Source: Candidatus Magasanikiibacteriota bacterium
GTDB lineage: Bacteria > Patescibacteriota > Patescibacteriia > Magasanikbacterales > UBA922
NCBI GenBank assembly: GCA_014729395.1
Contig: WJJZ01000006.1
Coordinates: 7,090 to 71,089 of the forward strand
Direction of reading: 5' to 3'
DNA length: 64,000 nt
Under the pieces are notes generated by a model. It saw only the letters and a program-made list of their open reading frames with translations, was not told the origin of the DNA and made no database searches. Both the position numbers and the translations under genes were made by a program. Below, piece after piece: positions 8,218-18,591 of this stretch. Numbering within the stretch: the first letter of the stretch is position 1; each line of letters begins with the position of its first letter.

Positions 8218-9424
8218 TTGTTCCTTCAATAAATTTATCAAAATCAGAATTCAAATTATTATACGCTTGAGCTGCATAGTTTTGCAGCTCTTGTTTATTT
8301 TGAAGAGCAAATTCAATTTTTTTATTTAAAACTTCGGGATTATTGGGTCGGCAGAGTAATCCGGTTTTTTTATCTTGTATGAGAGAACCAATACTCCCAA
8401 CGTCAGTGGCAATAATGGGAATTTTATAATTGATGGCCTCAAGGATAGTATAGGGCAGACCTTCTTTTCTGGATGGTAGGACAAACAGGTCAAAAGCCGG
8501 GAAAAGTTTGTAGGCTTTATCTATAAAGCCCGGAACTTCAACAATATTTTCAATTTTGGAATTTGATATTTGTATTTTGGAATTTTTGTATTCCGGGCCA
8601 TTGCCGATGATGACAAATTTTATATTTTTTGGAAGTCGATCTTTTTTGAGTGAAATAGCCTCTAATAATATATCGATACCTTTGGTTGGATAAAAATTGG
8701 CGATTGTGCCTATTAAAAAAGTATCTGACTCAATTTTATTTTTTAAAAAAGTATTCAGTTTTTTTCTGGCTTCTTGTTTTTTAAATTTATGTTTCGGCGG
8801 CTTAATTGCCAGCTTAATTAAGTCTAATTTTTCCGGTTTTATTTTTAAAATGTTTTTAGCATCAGAGAAATCTTTGTCTGATAGAGTTATGATTTTATCT
8901 TTAAATCGAGCTGTAAATTTTTCCGATGATTTGTAAAGACATTTTTTTAGTTTTGGTATTGGTTCATTAAAGACCCAGCCGTGAGCAGTGTAGACAATGA
9001 ACAGTGAACAATGAACAATGAACAATTTTGCGACTGAACCCAAGATGCCCGCCTTGGAGCTGTTTAAGTGGATTATATCCGGTTTTGTTTTTTTGTATAA
9101 TTTTTGTAATTCCAAAATTGCCAGTAGATCTTTTATTGGTGATATATGTCTAACTAAGTATTCAAGTTGAACTATTTTTATTTTTTGTTCTTTGTTTATT
9201 GTTCTCTGTTCATTGCCTGCCCTGAGCGAAATCCTGCCCTGGCGGGACGAAGTCGAAGGGTTAGTTGCTAGTTGTTTTTGTAAGTCAGTTTTGCCGTTTT
9301 TTTCACCCACAGCTACGGTAATATCAAAATATTTGTTTAAATTTACCGCCAAATCAAAAACATAACGCTGGGCGCCGCCCCAGTGACCTTGAGTGATTAT
9401 GAATAGGATTTTTTTCTTTTTCAT
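8183..9424 (-). CDS. GT4-family glycosyltransferase
   Basis: N-terminal ILFI...GGAQRYV, ...SSKAGILG...YTAHGW and C-terminal EGLPYTILEA...P.IATDVG motifs. Its 3' end overlaps convergently by 35 bp with the 6184..8217 CDS. Confidence 0.75.
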   Translation of the reverse strand: MKKKKILFIITQGHWGGAQRYVFDLAVNLNKYFDITVAVGEKNGKTDLQKQLATNPSTSSRQGRISLRAGNEQRTINKEQKIKIVQLEYLVRHISPIKDLLAILELQKLYKKTKPDIIHLNSSKAGILGSVAKLFIVHCSLFIVYTAHGWVFNEPIPKLKKCLYKSSEKFTARFKDKIITLSDKDFSDAKNILKIKPEKLDLIKLAIKPPKHKFKKQEARKKLNTFLKNKIESDTFLIGTIANFYPTKGIDILLEAISLKKDRLPKNIKFVIIGNGPEYKNSKIQISNSKIENIVEVPGFIDKAYKLFPAFDLFVLPSRKEGLPYTILEAINYKIPIIATDVGSIGSLIQDKKTGLLCRPNNPEVLNKKIEFALQNKQELQNYAAQAYNNLNSDFDKFIEGTISLYRSLLDQA

Positions 9425-9439
9425 GGTGTTTAGAAATGA

Positions 9440-9468
9440 TTGACTTATTAGCTGAATTATAGCATAAT
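9440..9468 (+). promoter_or_regulatory. Sigma70-type promoter TTGACT-17 nt-CATAAT upstream of mtnP
   Basis: Hexamers and spacer counted directly. Lies in the divergent region between the GT4 gene (-) and mtnP (+). Confidence 0.5.
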
Positions 9469-9509
9469 ATATCTGCCTAAATTTCGCAATATTTAGCTAA
9501 TTTTAGTTT

Positions 9510-10259
9510 ATGGTAAAAGTAGGTATAATTGGTGGATCAGGTTTGGAGGATCCGGATTTGCTAAAAAATATTCGAATTTTAAAAATCAAAACTCAATATG
9601 GGAAACCATCTTCATCTTTAAAAATTGGTAAAATAAATAATGTAGATGTGGTTATGCTTTCGCGGCATGGATCAGGGCATACAATTACACCATCCGGGGT
9701 AAATTACAGAGCAAATATATATGCCTTAAAGCTTCTGGGCTGTACTCATATCATTTCAACAACAGCAGTTGGTTCATTACGTACTAAAATACAAAGAGGT
9801 GATATTGTAATATTGGATCAATTTATTGATTTAACAAGATTCAGGACAATTACTTTTTTTGACAGGTTTAAACCACATAAAGCAAAACATACTCCTATGT
9901 CACAGCCTTTTTCTCCGTCATTAAGAAATTTTTTGATAGAAACAACACAAGAATTAGGAATTAAATTTCATGATAAAGGAACAGTTATAACTATCGAAGG
10001 GCCTAGATTTTCAACAAAGGCTGAGAGTTTAATGTTTCGGCAATGGGGGGCAGATGTTATTAATATGTCAATTGCTCCCGAAGTAATCTTGGCCAATGAA
10101 ATCGGTATTCCATATGCTTCCATTGCCATGAGTACGGATTATGATTGTTGGAAAGAGGGTGAAGATCCTGTGTCTTGGGAAGCTATAGTTGATATTTTTG
10201 AAAAGAACGTGGAAAAGGTTAAAAAAATTTTAATAAATACAATTTCTAAAATTAATTAA
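9510..10259 (+). CDS. mtnP: S-methyl-5'-thioadenosine phosphorylase (MTAP-type purine nucleoside phosphorylase)
   Basis: Near-collinear similarity to MTAP along the whole length (KIGIIGGSGL, YGKPS, LSRHG..HTI.PS.VNYRANI.AL, GADVINMS..PE, AMSTDYDCWKE). Confidence 0.85.
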   Translation: MVKVGIIGGSGLEDPDLLKNIRILKIKTQYGKPSSSLKIGKINNVDVVMLSRHGSGHTITPSGVNYRANIYALKLLGCTHIISTTAVGSLRTKIQRGDIVILDQFIDLTRFRTITFFDRFKPHKAKHTPMSQPFSPSLRNFLIETTQELGIKFHDKGTVITIEGPRFSTKAESLMFRQWGADVINMSIAPEVILANEIGIPYASIAMSTDYDCWKEGEDPVSWEAIVDIFEKNVEKVKKILINTISKIN

Positions 10260-10793
10260 ATGAATAAGATAATAAAACAAAAAATAAGGACAATTCCAAA
10301 TTGGCCTAAACAGGGGGTAATGTATAGGGATGTAACGACCTTATTTAAGGATAGGATTGGTTTTAAAATGGTAATAGATACTTTATTTGATAGATATAGA
10401 GAAAGTTCAATTGATTCTGTGGTAGGTATAGAGTCAAGAGGTTTCATTGTAGGTTCTGCAATTGCAGAGAGACTTGGTGTCGGTTTCGTACCAATAAGGA
10501 AATCAGGCAAGTTGCCGGCAGAGACAATCGGTGAAGAATATGAGTTGGAATATGGTAGGGATAAAATAGAAATTCATAAAGATGCAATATCAGAAAAAGA
10601 TACTGTTTTATTAGTTGATGATTTAATTGCAACCGGCGGTACAGCATTAGCGGCATGTTCACTTTTAGAAAGATTAAAAGCTCAGATAAGTGAATGTGTT
10701 TTTATAGTAGACCTACCAACTTTAGGTGGAAGCAAGAAATTATCAGATAAAGGATTTGGGGTTTTTAGTTTAGTTTCTTTTGATGGGGAATAA
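10260..10793 (+). CDS. apt: Adenine phosphoribosyltransferase
   Basis: PRPP-binding motif VLLVDDLIATGGT and the typical 177-aa length. The start abuts the mtnP stop. Confidence 0.85.
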   Translation: MNKIIKQKIRTIPNWPKQGVMYRDVTTLFKDRIGFKMVIDTLFDRYRESSIDSVVGIESRGFIVGSAIAERLGVGFVPIRKSGKLPAETIGEEYELEYGRDKIEIHKDAISEKDTVLLVDDLIATGGTALAACSLLERLKAQISECVFIVDLPTLGGSKKLSDKGFGVFSLVSFDGE

Positions 10794-10808
10794 TAATTAA
10801 TAGTATAT

Positions 10809-11744
10809 ATGAATATTTTGATTACCGGAGGAGCCGGCTTTATCGGTTCTCATTTATGTGAAAGATTATTGACCGAAAAACATAAAATTTTTTGTTTGGA
10901 TAATTTGTTTACAGGTTCAAAAGATAATATAAATCATTTAGAAAATAATCCAAATTTTAAATTCATTGAGCATGATATAATTGAGCCTTTTTTTATTGAT
11001 CAAGATCTTGACCAAGTATATAATTTGGCCTGTCCGGCTTCTCCAATTCATTATCAAGAAAATCCGGTAAGAACCATTAAAGCCAATACTATCGGCGTTA
11101 TTAATATGTTGGGTCTAGCCAGAAAACATAATGCAAGAATATTACAAGCCTCCACTTCCGAAGTTTATGGTGATCCGGAAATTCATCCACAACCGGAGGA
11201 TTATCGTGGAAATGTAAATCAAATTGGACCACGAGCCTGTTATGACGAGGGAAAGCGGGCGGCCGAAGCCTTATTTTTTGACTATCATAGGATGCACGGG
11301 ATGGAAATAAAAGTTGCTCGTATTTTTAACACCTATGGATCCAGAATGGCTTTTGAGGATGGCAGGGTTGTGTCAAATTTTATTTTGCAATCTTTAAAGG
11401 GTGAGAATATTACAATATACGGTAGCGGTGAACAGACAAGAAGTTTTTGTTATATAGATAATTTGGTGGATGGTTTGATAAAAATGATGAATAGTCCAAA
11501 AGAAATTACAGGACCAATAAATTTAGGTAATCCAAATGAATTTACAATAAAACATTTGGCAGAAAGAGTAATTAATTTAACCGGTTCAAAAGCTAAATTA
11601 GTTTATAAGGATCTACCTCAAGACGATCCACAAAAGAGACAGCCAGATATTAACAAAGCCAAGGAATTTTTGGGTTGGTCACCAAAGATTGATTTAGTAG
11701 AAGGTCTTGAGAAGACGATTGAAGATTTTAAAAATAGATTATGA
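10809..11744 (+). CDS. UDP-glucuronate decarboxylase (UDP-xylose synthase, UXS type)
   Basis: Very close full-length match to UXS enzymes ([56 protein letters not shown]...[31 protein letters not shown]). Confidence 0.85.
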   Translation: MNILITGGAGFIGSHLCERLLTEKHKIFCLDNLFTGSKDNINHLENNPNFKFIEHDIIEPFFIDQDLDQVYNLACPASPIHYQENPVRTIKANTIGVINMLGLARKHNARILQASTSEVYGDPEIHPQPEDYRGNVNQIGPRACYDEGKRAAEALFFDYHRMHGMEIKVARIFNTYGSRMAFEDGRVVSNFILQSLKGENITIYGSGEQTRSFCYIDNLVDGLIKMMNSPKEITGPINLGNPNEFTIKHLAERVINLTGSKAKLVYKDLPQDDPQKRQPDINKAKEFLGWSPKIDLVEGLEKTIEDFKNRL

Positions 11745-12886
11745 ACGGTAAAAAGATTTTAATTTTTTCCACCGCGTATTTTCCTCTTATTGGCGGGGCG
11801 GAGGTAGCAGTAAAAGAGATAACGGATAGAATGAATGGTTATGATTTTGATATGATAACTTGTCGAATGAACAGAAGTTATCCGAAGCAAGAAAAAATTG
11901 GCAATGTCAATGTGGTTCGCATAGGACCGGGCGTACCTTTATTGGATAAAATATATCTGGCATTTTTTGGTCACAGAAAAGCCTTAAAACTGCACAAACA
12001 GAATAACTATTGTTTGGTTTGGTCGATAATGGCGAGTTTCGGTGGTTTTGCCGCTTTGCGTTTCAAAGAGTTAACTAATGTTAAATTTTTGTTAACTTTG
12101 CAAGAAGGTGACTCGATTGATTATATTTTAAAGCGAGTTAGGTTTTTGAAGAAGAGATTCAAACAAATTTTTGTCAAGGCCGACAGCCTTCATGCTATCA
12201 GTAATTATTTGTTGAAATGGGGAAAAGACATGGGTTTTCAAGGAAAGATCGCTAAAGTAATTCCAAATGGGGTGAATGTTGAACAATTCGCAGCTAACAA
12301 TTCGCAGCTATCAGATTACACTGGTCAGACTAGGGCTGAATTAGATATAAACAGCGATGATAAATTAGTTATAACAGTTTCTAGATTGGTAGAAAAGAAT
12401 GGGGTGGGGGATTTGATAAAGGCAATGGAAAAATTACCGGAAAATGTAAAGTTATTGGTGGTGGGGAGTGGTAAACTGGAGCAAGAATTAAAAAATTTGG
12501 CACGGCATTTGAGCTTAGATAAACGTGTTTATTTTTTAGGATTTGTTCGACATGACCAATTGCCAAAATATCTATGGGCGAGTGATGTTTTTTGTCGACC
12601 TAGTCTTTCCGAAGGTCTGGGTAATGTTTTTTTGGAAGCCATGGCAGCAAAAGTTCCGGTAGTGGGCACATTAGTCGGTGGAATTCCGGATTTTTTGGAT
12701 GACGGCGAGACAGGTTTTGTGTGTAAGCCGGGGAATCCGAGGAGTATTGCCGAAGTTATAAAAAAGGTAATTAATTTAGCGCATGAGAAAAAAAAGGAAA
12801 TAGAAAAAAACTCAATTGATCTTGTGCGTAAAAAATATAATTGGGAAGATATTACTAAAAAAATGGAAGAGTTAATGCAGGTTTAA
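11741..12886 (+). CDS. GT4-family glycosyltransferase
   Basis: C-terminal [28 protein letters not shown] motif. 4-bp overlap with the upstream gene. Confidence 0.75.
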   Translation: MNGKKILIFSTAYFPLIGGAEVAVKEITDRMNGYDFDMITCRMNRSYPKQEKIGNVNVVRIGPGVPLLDKIYLAFFGHRKALKLHKQNNYCLVWSIMASFGGFAALRFKELTNVKFLLTLQEGDSIDYILKRVRFLKKRFKQIFVKADSLHAISNYLLKWGKDMGFQGKIAKVIPNGVNVEQFAANNSQLSDYTGQTRAELDINSDDKLVITVSRLVEKNGVGDLIKAMEKLPENVKLLVVGSGKLEQELKNLARHLSLDKRVYFLGFVRHDQLPKYLWASDVFCRPSLSEGLGNVFLEAMAAKVPVVGTLVGGIPDFLDDGETGFVCKPGNPRSIAEVIKKVINLAHEKKKEIEKNSIDLVRKKYNWEDITKKMEELMQV

Positions 12887-12981
12887 AAATACCAGCCTCA
12901 GTTTTAATTAATTGCCGGGTTGGCGGTTGGAAACCAACGACAGGTGACATAGTTTACTTTTATTTGTAAAGACAGAATTTT

Positions 12982-13899
12982 ATGAAGAGGGCACTTTTGA
13001 TTAATCCACAGTTTAATATAGCAAAGGAGAATTATGACAGCTCAATTTCAGTTGGGCTTTTGAGTATTGCGTCGTATTTGGATAGTAAAGGGATAGGAGT
13101 AAAAATTGTTGATTGCGTACGCGAGACCAACTATTTAAAAAAAATAAGAAAATATGCCCGCAGTACTGATTATGTCGGGATTTCTGTAATGACAACGCAA
13201 TTGTCAAATGCTTTACGTTTATCAAAGCTTGTAAAAAAAGTTAATCCCTCTTGTAGAGTAGTGTGGGGCGGACCACATGCAACTTTTTTTAAGGAGCAAT
13301 GTGTCGAATCAAAATTTGTAGATATGGTATGTGTAGGAGAAGGCGAAGAGACTTTTTATGAAATTGTAAATGGTGTTGATCCGGAGAAAATTTTAGGAAT
13401 CGTTTATAAAAAAGATGGGGACATAAAAAAAACTTCGGCTCGACCTTTGCACGATCCTACAAAAATGCCTTTGTTTAATTGGGATTTGATCGCACCGGAG
13501 GTTTTATATAATTTAAAACTTGTCCCCACTCTCACTTCAAGAGGCTGCCCCCATATATGTTCTTTTTGTATCAACGCCATCCTTAAATTAAAGTGGCGTC
13601 AGAGAACAGCGGAACAGGTACTTGTGGATTTGGAAGTGATAAAAAGTAAAACATATTTTAAAGGTAAAAAGTTAAGATTTTGGGATGAGAATTTTTTTGT
13701 TGATATTAAGCGCGCCAAAACCATAGTAAAGGGAATGATAGAAAGAAATCTTATCACTCCGTGGGAGACAACAGTCCGCGCCAATTATATACGGGATGGG
13801 ATGATTGATAACGCTTTTTTAAAGGATATTAAACAAAGTGGTTGTTATCTGTTATCATTTGGTGCGGAATCCGGTTGTCCCAGAATTTTAAAAAAATAA
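12982..13899 (+). CDS. B12-binding radical SAM protein, N-terminal part (cobalamin-binding domain plus CxxxCxxC cluster RGCPHICSFC). It ends at a TAA inside an A7-T-A8 run.
   Basis: B12-binding-like N-domain followed by the radical SAM cysteine triad. The reading frame is interrupted at 13897-13899. Confidence 0.65.
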   Translation: MKRALLINPQFNIAKENYDSSISVGLLSIASYLDSKGIGVKIVDCVRETNYLKKIRKYARSTDYVGISVMTTQLSNALRLSKLVKKVNPSCRVVWGGPHATFFKEQCVESKFVDMVCVGEGEETFYEIVNGVDPEKILGIVYKKDGDIKKTSARPLHDPTKMPLFNWDLIAPEVLYNLKLVPTLTSRGCPHICSFCINAILKLKWRQRTAEQVLVDLEVIKSKTYFKGKKLRFWDENFFVDIKRAKTIVKGMIERNLITPWETTVRANYIRDGMIDNAFLKDIKQSGCYLLSFGAESGCPRILKK

Positions 13900-14426
13900 A
13901 AAAAATGATTGATCCAAAGGATATCATTAGGTCAGCAAAAATGTGCTTAAAACATGATATTATCCCCCAATATTCTTTTATGATAGGCTTGCCCGGTGAA
14001 GAAAAGAATGAGATGATGGAGACATTGAAATTGATTGATAAATTAGTAAAATTGAGTTCCAAAGTTCAAATTTTAGGCCCACAGGCTTTTAGGCCATACC
14101 CGGGTTCTGAGCTATATGAGGAGTGTGTAATGTCTGGTTGGAAAGCACCGGAAACCCTTTATGAGTGGTCTGATTTGGTTGAAAATGAATTAAATTATTT
14201 GACTGTACAAAATTTCCCCTGGGTTAAACATAAGGATTTTGTGGAATCCATGGAAGCTTATGTAAGATTTGGAGCTCACAATATCAAAAGTGCTTTGGGT
14301 TCAACAGTTAGTAGTAATAAATTATTGAAATTGAGTTTTATTTTGCTATGTAAACTACGCTGGAAATTAAAATTTTTTAATTGGCCAGTTGAATTTAAAT
14401 TAGCTAAAAAGTTTGTTAGTAAATAA
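13842..14426 (+). CDS. C-terminal continuation of the same B12-binding radical SAM protein in the -1 frame (interrupted gene, pseudogene, sequencing indel or recoding site)
   Basis: From ...KKIKKMIDP onward the translation continues the radical SAM domain (IGLPGEE...). Joining at the A-run gives ...ESGCPRILKKIKKMIDP.., a normal ~500-aa B12-rSAM. Confidence 0.55.
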   Translation: MLSVIIWCGIRLSQNFKKIKKMIDPKDIIRSAKMCLKHDIIPQYSFMIGLPGEEKNEMMETLKLIDKLVKLSSKVQILGPQAFRPYPGSELYEECVMSGWKAPETLYEWSDLVENELNYLTVQNFPWVKHKDFVESMEAYVRFGAHNIKSALGSTVSSNKLLKLSFILLCKLRWKLKFFNWPVEFKLAKKFVSK

Positions 14427-14431
14427 AAAAT

Positions 14432-15556
14432 ATGAATATTTTAATTTGCACAGGTGTTTATCCGCCTGATATTGGAGGGCCGGCTACATATGTTAAGATT
14501 CTGGAAAGAGAACTGCCTAGACAAGGTTTTGATATAAAAATAGTTACTTATAGTGATAAAAACGAAAGAAATAGTGATAACCTTAAAAAAATATATAGAG
14601 GTAAAAATATACTTTTAAGATATTTTGAATTTTTTTTACAAATAATAAAATCATTGGATTGGTCTGATTTAATTTATGTACAAGGTTCTATGAGCGAGGG
14701 TGTGCCAGCATCGCTAGCTGCCAAACTGAAAAGAAAAAAGTATGTTTTGAAAATTGCCGGTGATCATGCTTGGGAGCAAGGAAGACAACGTTTTGGCGTA
14801 AAAGACTCTCTTGATAATTTTCAGGAAAAGAAATATGGGACAAGAGTCGAAATCATACGTTTTTTACAAAAACAGGTTGCTAAAGGTGCGGGTAGGGTTA
14901 TTGTACCGAGCAAATATTTAAAGAAAATTGTATTAGGTTGGGGGGTTGAAGAGAAAAAAATAGAAGTAGTTTACAATGCAGTAAAATTTACAGATGTAAA
15001 AGTTATGAATAAGCCGGCAAACGAAAGGTGGCTTGTGACAGTTGCGCGCTTAACACCTTGGAAAGGAATTGATACTTTAATTGATCTGATGCCAATTTTA
15101 TTAAAAGAGTTTCCAAATTTAAAGTTGAAGATTATAGGAGATGGCAGTGAATTTGAGAATTTAGAATCTAGAATTTTGAATTTGGGACTTGAAAATTCAG
15201 TAAATCTTTTAGGTAGGTTAGCAAACAAAGAAACTTTAGCATACATTAAATCAGCTGACATGTTTATTCTAAACAGTGCTTATGAGGGTTTGTCGCATGT
15301 AATTTTAGAAGCTTTGAGTCTCGGTACGCCGGTATTAGCCAGTGATGTTGGTGGTAATCCGGAGGTTCTACAGAATGGTAAAATTGGTGAGTTGTTTGGA
15401 TATAATAATAAAGAAGAAATTAAAGAAAAGCTAGTTGAAGCTTTGCGTAGTGGTAGTTTGAGGCAGAGTTTGGATAAAGAGAAAAAAGAGTTTTTAGAAA
15501 ATTTTTCAACCAAGCGTATGATTGATAGAATTTCCACGACCCTTAAACATGTATGA
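14432..15556 (+). CDS. GT4-family glycosyltransferase
   Basis: EGLSHVILEALSLGTPVLASDVGGNPEV motif and N-terminal ILICTGVYPPDIGG. Confidence 0.75.
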   Translation: MNILICTGVYPPDIGGPATYVKILERELPRQGFDIKIVTYSDKNERNSDNLKKIYRGKNILLRYFEFFLQIIKSLDWSDLIYVQGSMSEGVPASLAAKLKRKKYVLKIAGDHAWEQGRQRFGVKDSLDNFQEKKYGTRVEIIRFLQKQVAKGAGRVIVPSKYLKKIVLGWGVEEKKIEVVYNAVKFTDVKVMNKPANERWLVTVARLTPWKGIDTLIDLMPILLKEFPNLKLKIIGDGSEFENLESRILNLGLENSVNLLGRLANKETLAYIKSADMFILNSAYEGLSHVILEALSLGTPVLASDVGGNPEVLQNGKIGELFGYNNKEEIKEKLVEALRSGSLRQSLDKEKKEFLENFSTKRMIDRISTTLKHV

Positions 15557-16626
15557 AAATATTTAGTTTTAGTATTGATAAAAATATATTGGAACCAAAT
15601 TCAATCGTTGCAAAGAGAATGATTTGGTTTGACAATTTTGTTGATAAATACTGTATTATTGTGCCGTCTATAAAAAAAATAAGAGTGAGCCTGTCCTATA
15701 AAATAGAGGTATTTGCTAGTGGTGGTAGATCAAAAATTAGCCAACTTTTTAAAATTTACAAGCTGGCAAACAGGTTACTAAAACAAGAGAACTATGATAT
15801 TATAACCTCTCAAGATAACTATTATATTGGATTTTTAGCTTTAATTTTAGCAAAAAAATTTGATATTGGTTTGGAAATCCAGGTTCACGGTTGGGAAAAG
15901 TATGGAGGGTTAAGAAAAATAATTAGTAATTTTATTTTAAAGAGGGCTAATATTGTACGTACAGTCAGTAAACGTTCAAAAGATAAGCTTGTTAAAGAAA
16001 TTGGCTTAGAGGCTGAAAAGATAGCGGTAATTCCAATTTTTGTAGATACTTCAGATTCTTATGGTTTTGAAAGAGATTATCGTGAAAAAGAAAAAATTAT
16101 TTTTTTGACCGTAAGTAGACTGACTTCTGTAAAAAATATTGGTATGCAAATTGAGGCAATTAAGAAGTTGGTAGAAAATAAATTGCAGGTAGAGTTATGG
16201 ATTGTTGGCAAAGGCGAAGAAGAGAATAACTTAAAGAAAAAAATAGGAGAATTAAAATTAGAGAATTATGTTAAATTACTTGGCTATAAAAATAAGCCGG
16301 AGTTAAATGAAATTTACAAACAAGCTGATTGTTTTTTATTAACTTCACAAAGTGAAGGTTGGGGTATGGTAATTATTGAAGCGGCCGGTTTTGGTCTTCC
16401 AATTATAATGACAGATGTAGGTTGTGCCGGTGAAGTGATTAAAAATGAGATTAGTGGATTGGTAATTCCAGTTAATGACAAAGAGGTATTAAGACAGGCT
16501 ATGAGAAGGTTGGTAGAAGACGTTGAGCTTAGAAAGGGTTTGGGTGTTACTGCTCGAGAAGAGGTTGAAAAATTAGCAGATAGAAAAGAGACCTTAGAAT
16601 TATATTTAGATAATTGGCGTATGTAA
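15553..16626 (+). CDS. GT4-family glycosyltransferase
   Basis: SEGWGMVIIEAAGFGLPIIMTDVGCAGEV motif. 4-bp overlap with the upstream gene. Confidence 0.7.
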   Translation: MKIFSFSIDKNILEPNSIVAKRMIWFDNFVDKYCIIVPSIKKIRVSLSYKIEVFASGGRSKISQLFKIYKLANRLLKQENYDIITSQDNYYIGFLALILAKKFDIGLEIQVHGWEKYGGLRKIISNFILKRANIVRTVSKRSKDKLVKEIGLEAEKIAVIPIFVDTSDSYGFERDYREKEKIIFLTVSRLTSVKNIGMQIEAIKKLVENKLQVELWIVGKGEEENNLKKKIGELKLENYVKLLGYKNKPELNEIYKQADCFLLTSQSEGWGMVIIEAAGFGLPIIMTDVGCAGEVIKNEISGLVIPVNDKEVLRQAMRRLVEDVELRKGLGVTAREEVEKLADRKETLELYLDNWRM

Positions 16627-16628
16627 TT

Positions 16629-17477
16629 ATGCATTCACTAGGTCCTGGTTTGTGTTCCAAGATTAAAATATTTTTTATGAATAAATTTATAATGAATAAG
16701 TTAGTAAAGGCCAAAGCAGAAGCTGAGTCTTTGGCTCATGTTGGCTTATTTTCAAAAACGGATTGTTATTGCTTTTTTATTGGTTACGCGAGGAGTGGTC
16801 ACAGTTTGGTGGCCTCTATCATTGATGCACATCCAAATGCCGTTATAGCTCAAGAATTTCCTGTTGTTGACTATTTAAGACTTGGTTACAATAATCGACA
16901 AATTAAGTACTTAACATTTAAACATGCTAAAAAATTTTACAAAAATGATTATGTTGTTGGTGGGTATAAATATCATATACCAAACCAACATCAAGGTTCT
17001 TTTACTGATATTAGAGTTATAGGTACAAAAAAAGGGGGTAGAAAAAATATTTTTTTTATGAAGGAACCTAATTTGTTAAGTAAAATTCCTGAGAATACAA
17101 AATTCGTACATATAACGAGGAATCCTTATGATATAATGTCAGCGATGATGACTAAGTGGAAAAAGGGTTTTAATTTTCATTTTAATTTGTTTTTTTCAAT
17201 TTGTGATGCAAATTTATTTATCAAACAAAATATTAGTGATAAAAATATACATAATTTGAGACATGAAGATTTTGTTCATGAACCAAAAAGAGAAATTACA
17301 AAGTTATGTGATTTTCTAGGTTTAAAGACGTGCAACAGTTATCTTAACGATTGTGTTTCAATTATAAAAGAAAAACCACATGAAAGGAGATATGAGTTTG
17401 ATTGGAGTAAAGAAATGATCGAAAGAGTTAAAGAAAAAATAGAAGATTATAATTTTTTAAAAGATTATACATTTTGA
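16629..17477 (+). CDS. Sulfotransferase family protein (PAPS-dependent type). The start is uncertain: the ORF opens at TTG 16614, and ATGs at 16629 and 16677 are alternatives.
   Basis: 5'-PSB-like FFIGYARSGHSL near the N-terminus and 3'-PB-like HITRNPYDIMSA mid-protein. Confidence 0.6.
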   Translation: MHSLGPGLCSKIKIFFMNKFIMNKLVKAKAEAESLAHVGLFSKTDCYCFFIGYARSGHSLVASIIDAHPNAVIAQEFPVVDYLRLGYNNRQIKYLTFKHAKKFYKNDYVVGGYKYHIPNQHQGSFTDIRVIGTKKGGRKNIFFMKEPNLLSKIPENTKFVHITRNPYDIMSAMMTKWKKGFNFHFNLFFSICDANLFIKQNISDKNIHNLRHEDFVHEPKREITKLCDFLGLKTCNSYLNDCVSIIKEKPHERRYEFDWSKEMIERVKEKIEDYNFLKDYTF

Positions 17478-17490
17478 AAAATTTTAGTAA

Positions 17491-18576
17491 ATGAATGTTT
17501 TTGAAGAAAATAGAAATATGAAATTATTAATCTTGACTCAAAAAGTAGATGCCAATGACCATGGTGTGCTTGGTTTTTTTCATGGTTGGTTAAAAGAGTT
17601 CGCCAAAGATTGTGAGAATGTAATCGTGGTTTGTTTGGAAAAAGGGGAATTTGACTTACCTGAGAATGTAAAGGTTTTAAGTCTGGGTAAAGAAACATGG
17701 GAATCAAAAATTAAATATCTATATAGGTTTTATAAATATATTATTAAATATAGAAAAGATTATGATGCGGTTTTTGTTCACATGAATCAGATATATGTTA
17801 TTTTAGGAGCGTTATTGTGGAAGGCTTGGAAAAAGAAAATTGGTTTGTGGTATGCACATGGTGCAACCCCATTTAGTTTGAAGGTGGCGGAAAAATTGAC
17901 TGATATGATTTTTACACCATCAAAAAAAAGTTTTAGAGTAAAATCAAAAAAATTAAATGTAGTCGGCCATGGTATTGATATGAATAAATATCAATTAAAA
18001 TCTCATAATAAGAAAAGCGAATTATGTGAAATATTAACTGTAGGAAGAATTTCTCCTATTAAAGATTATGAGACTTTAATTAGAGCAATGGAAAAACTCA
18101 GTAAAAAAGAAAGATACAAACATAAAATTATATTGAGAATCGTTGGTTCGCCAATAACAGAGGAACAAAAAAAATATTTTGATAAAATAAAGAAAAAAGT
18201 TAGAGAAAAAGGTTTATCTGACATAATTAAATTCACCGGTGGAGTTAGTTGTAAAGATATTCATAGTGTATATAAAGAATCAGATATTTTTATACATATG
18301 AGTCAGACGGGAAGCTTGGATAAAGCTATGCTTGAGGCAATGGCGACGGGTTTAACGGTTTTATCTTGTAATGATGCAGCCAGGGAGGTTTTTGGCGAAA
18401 ATAATTGCGATTTATTATATAATATGGCTGACTATGAAGACTTGGCGGAGAAGATGCAATATATTATAGACAACCAAGACAGAGATGGTGATTTGGGTGA
18501 AAGCCTTAGGCAGATTGTTGAAAAAAAACATAATTTAATCAACGTTATCAGAAGGATTTGTACAAAACTTAGTTAA
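17491..18576 (+). CDS. GT4-like glycosyltransferase
   Basis: C-terminal GSLDKAMLEAMATGLTV.S motif and an N-terminal Rossmann-like ILTQK segment. Confidence 0.55.
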   Translation: MNVFEENRNMKLLILTQKVDANDHGVLGFFHGWLKEFAKDCENVIVVCLEKGEFDLPENVKVLSLGKETWESKIKYLYRFYKYIIKYRKDYDAVFVHMNQIYVILGALLWKAWKKKIGLWYAHGATPFSLKVAEKLTDMIFTPSKKSFRVKSKKLNVVGHGIDMNKYQLKSHNKKSELCEILTVGRISPIKDYETLIRAMEKLSKKERYKHKIILRIVGSPITEEQKKYFDKIKKKVREKGLSDIIKFTGGVSCKDIHSVYKESDIFIHMSQTGSLDKAMLEAMATGLTVLSCNDAAREVFGENNCDLLYNMADYEDLAEKMQYIIDNQDRDGDLGESLRQIVEKKHNLINVIRRICTKLS

Positions 18577-18591
18577 GTTTATTAACTTATT

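Noticed and set aside
8940-9300. Suspected mobile-element or intron-like insertion in the GT4 gene, bounded by the inverted heptamer tracts
   Set aside because: The enclosed 160 bp encode, in frame, the conserved GT4 segment ISPIKDLLAIL...KPDIIHLNSSKAGILGSVAK. It is therefore native coding sequence, not an insert.
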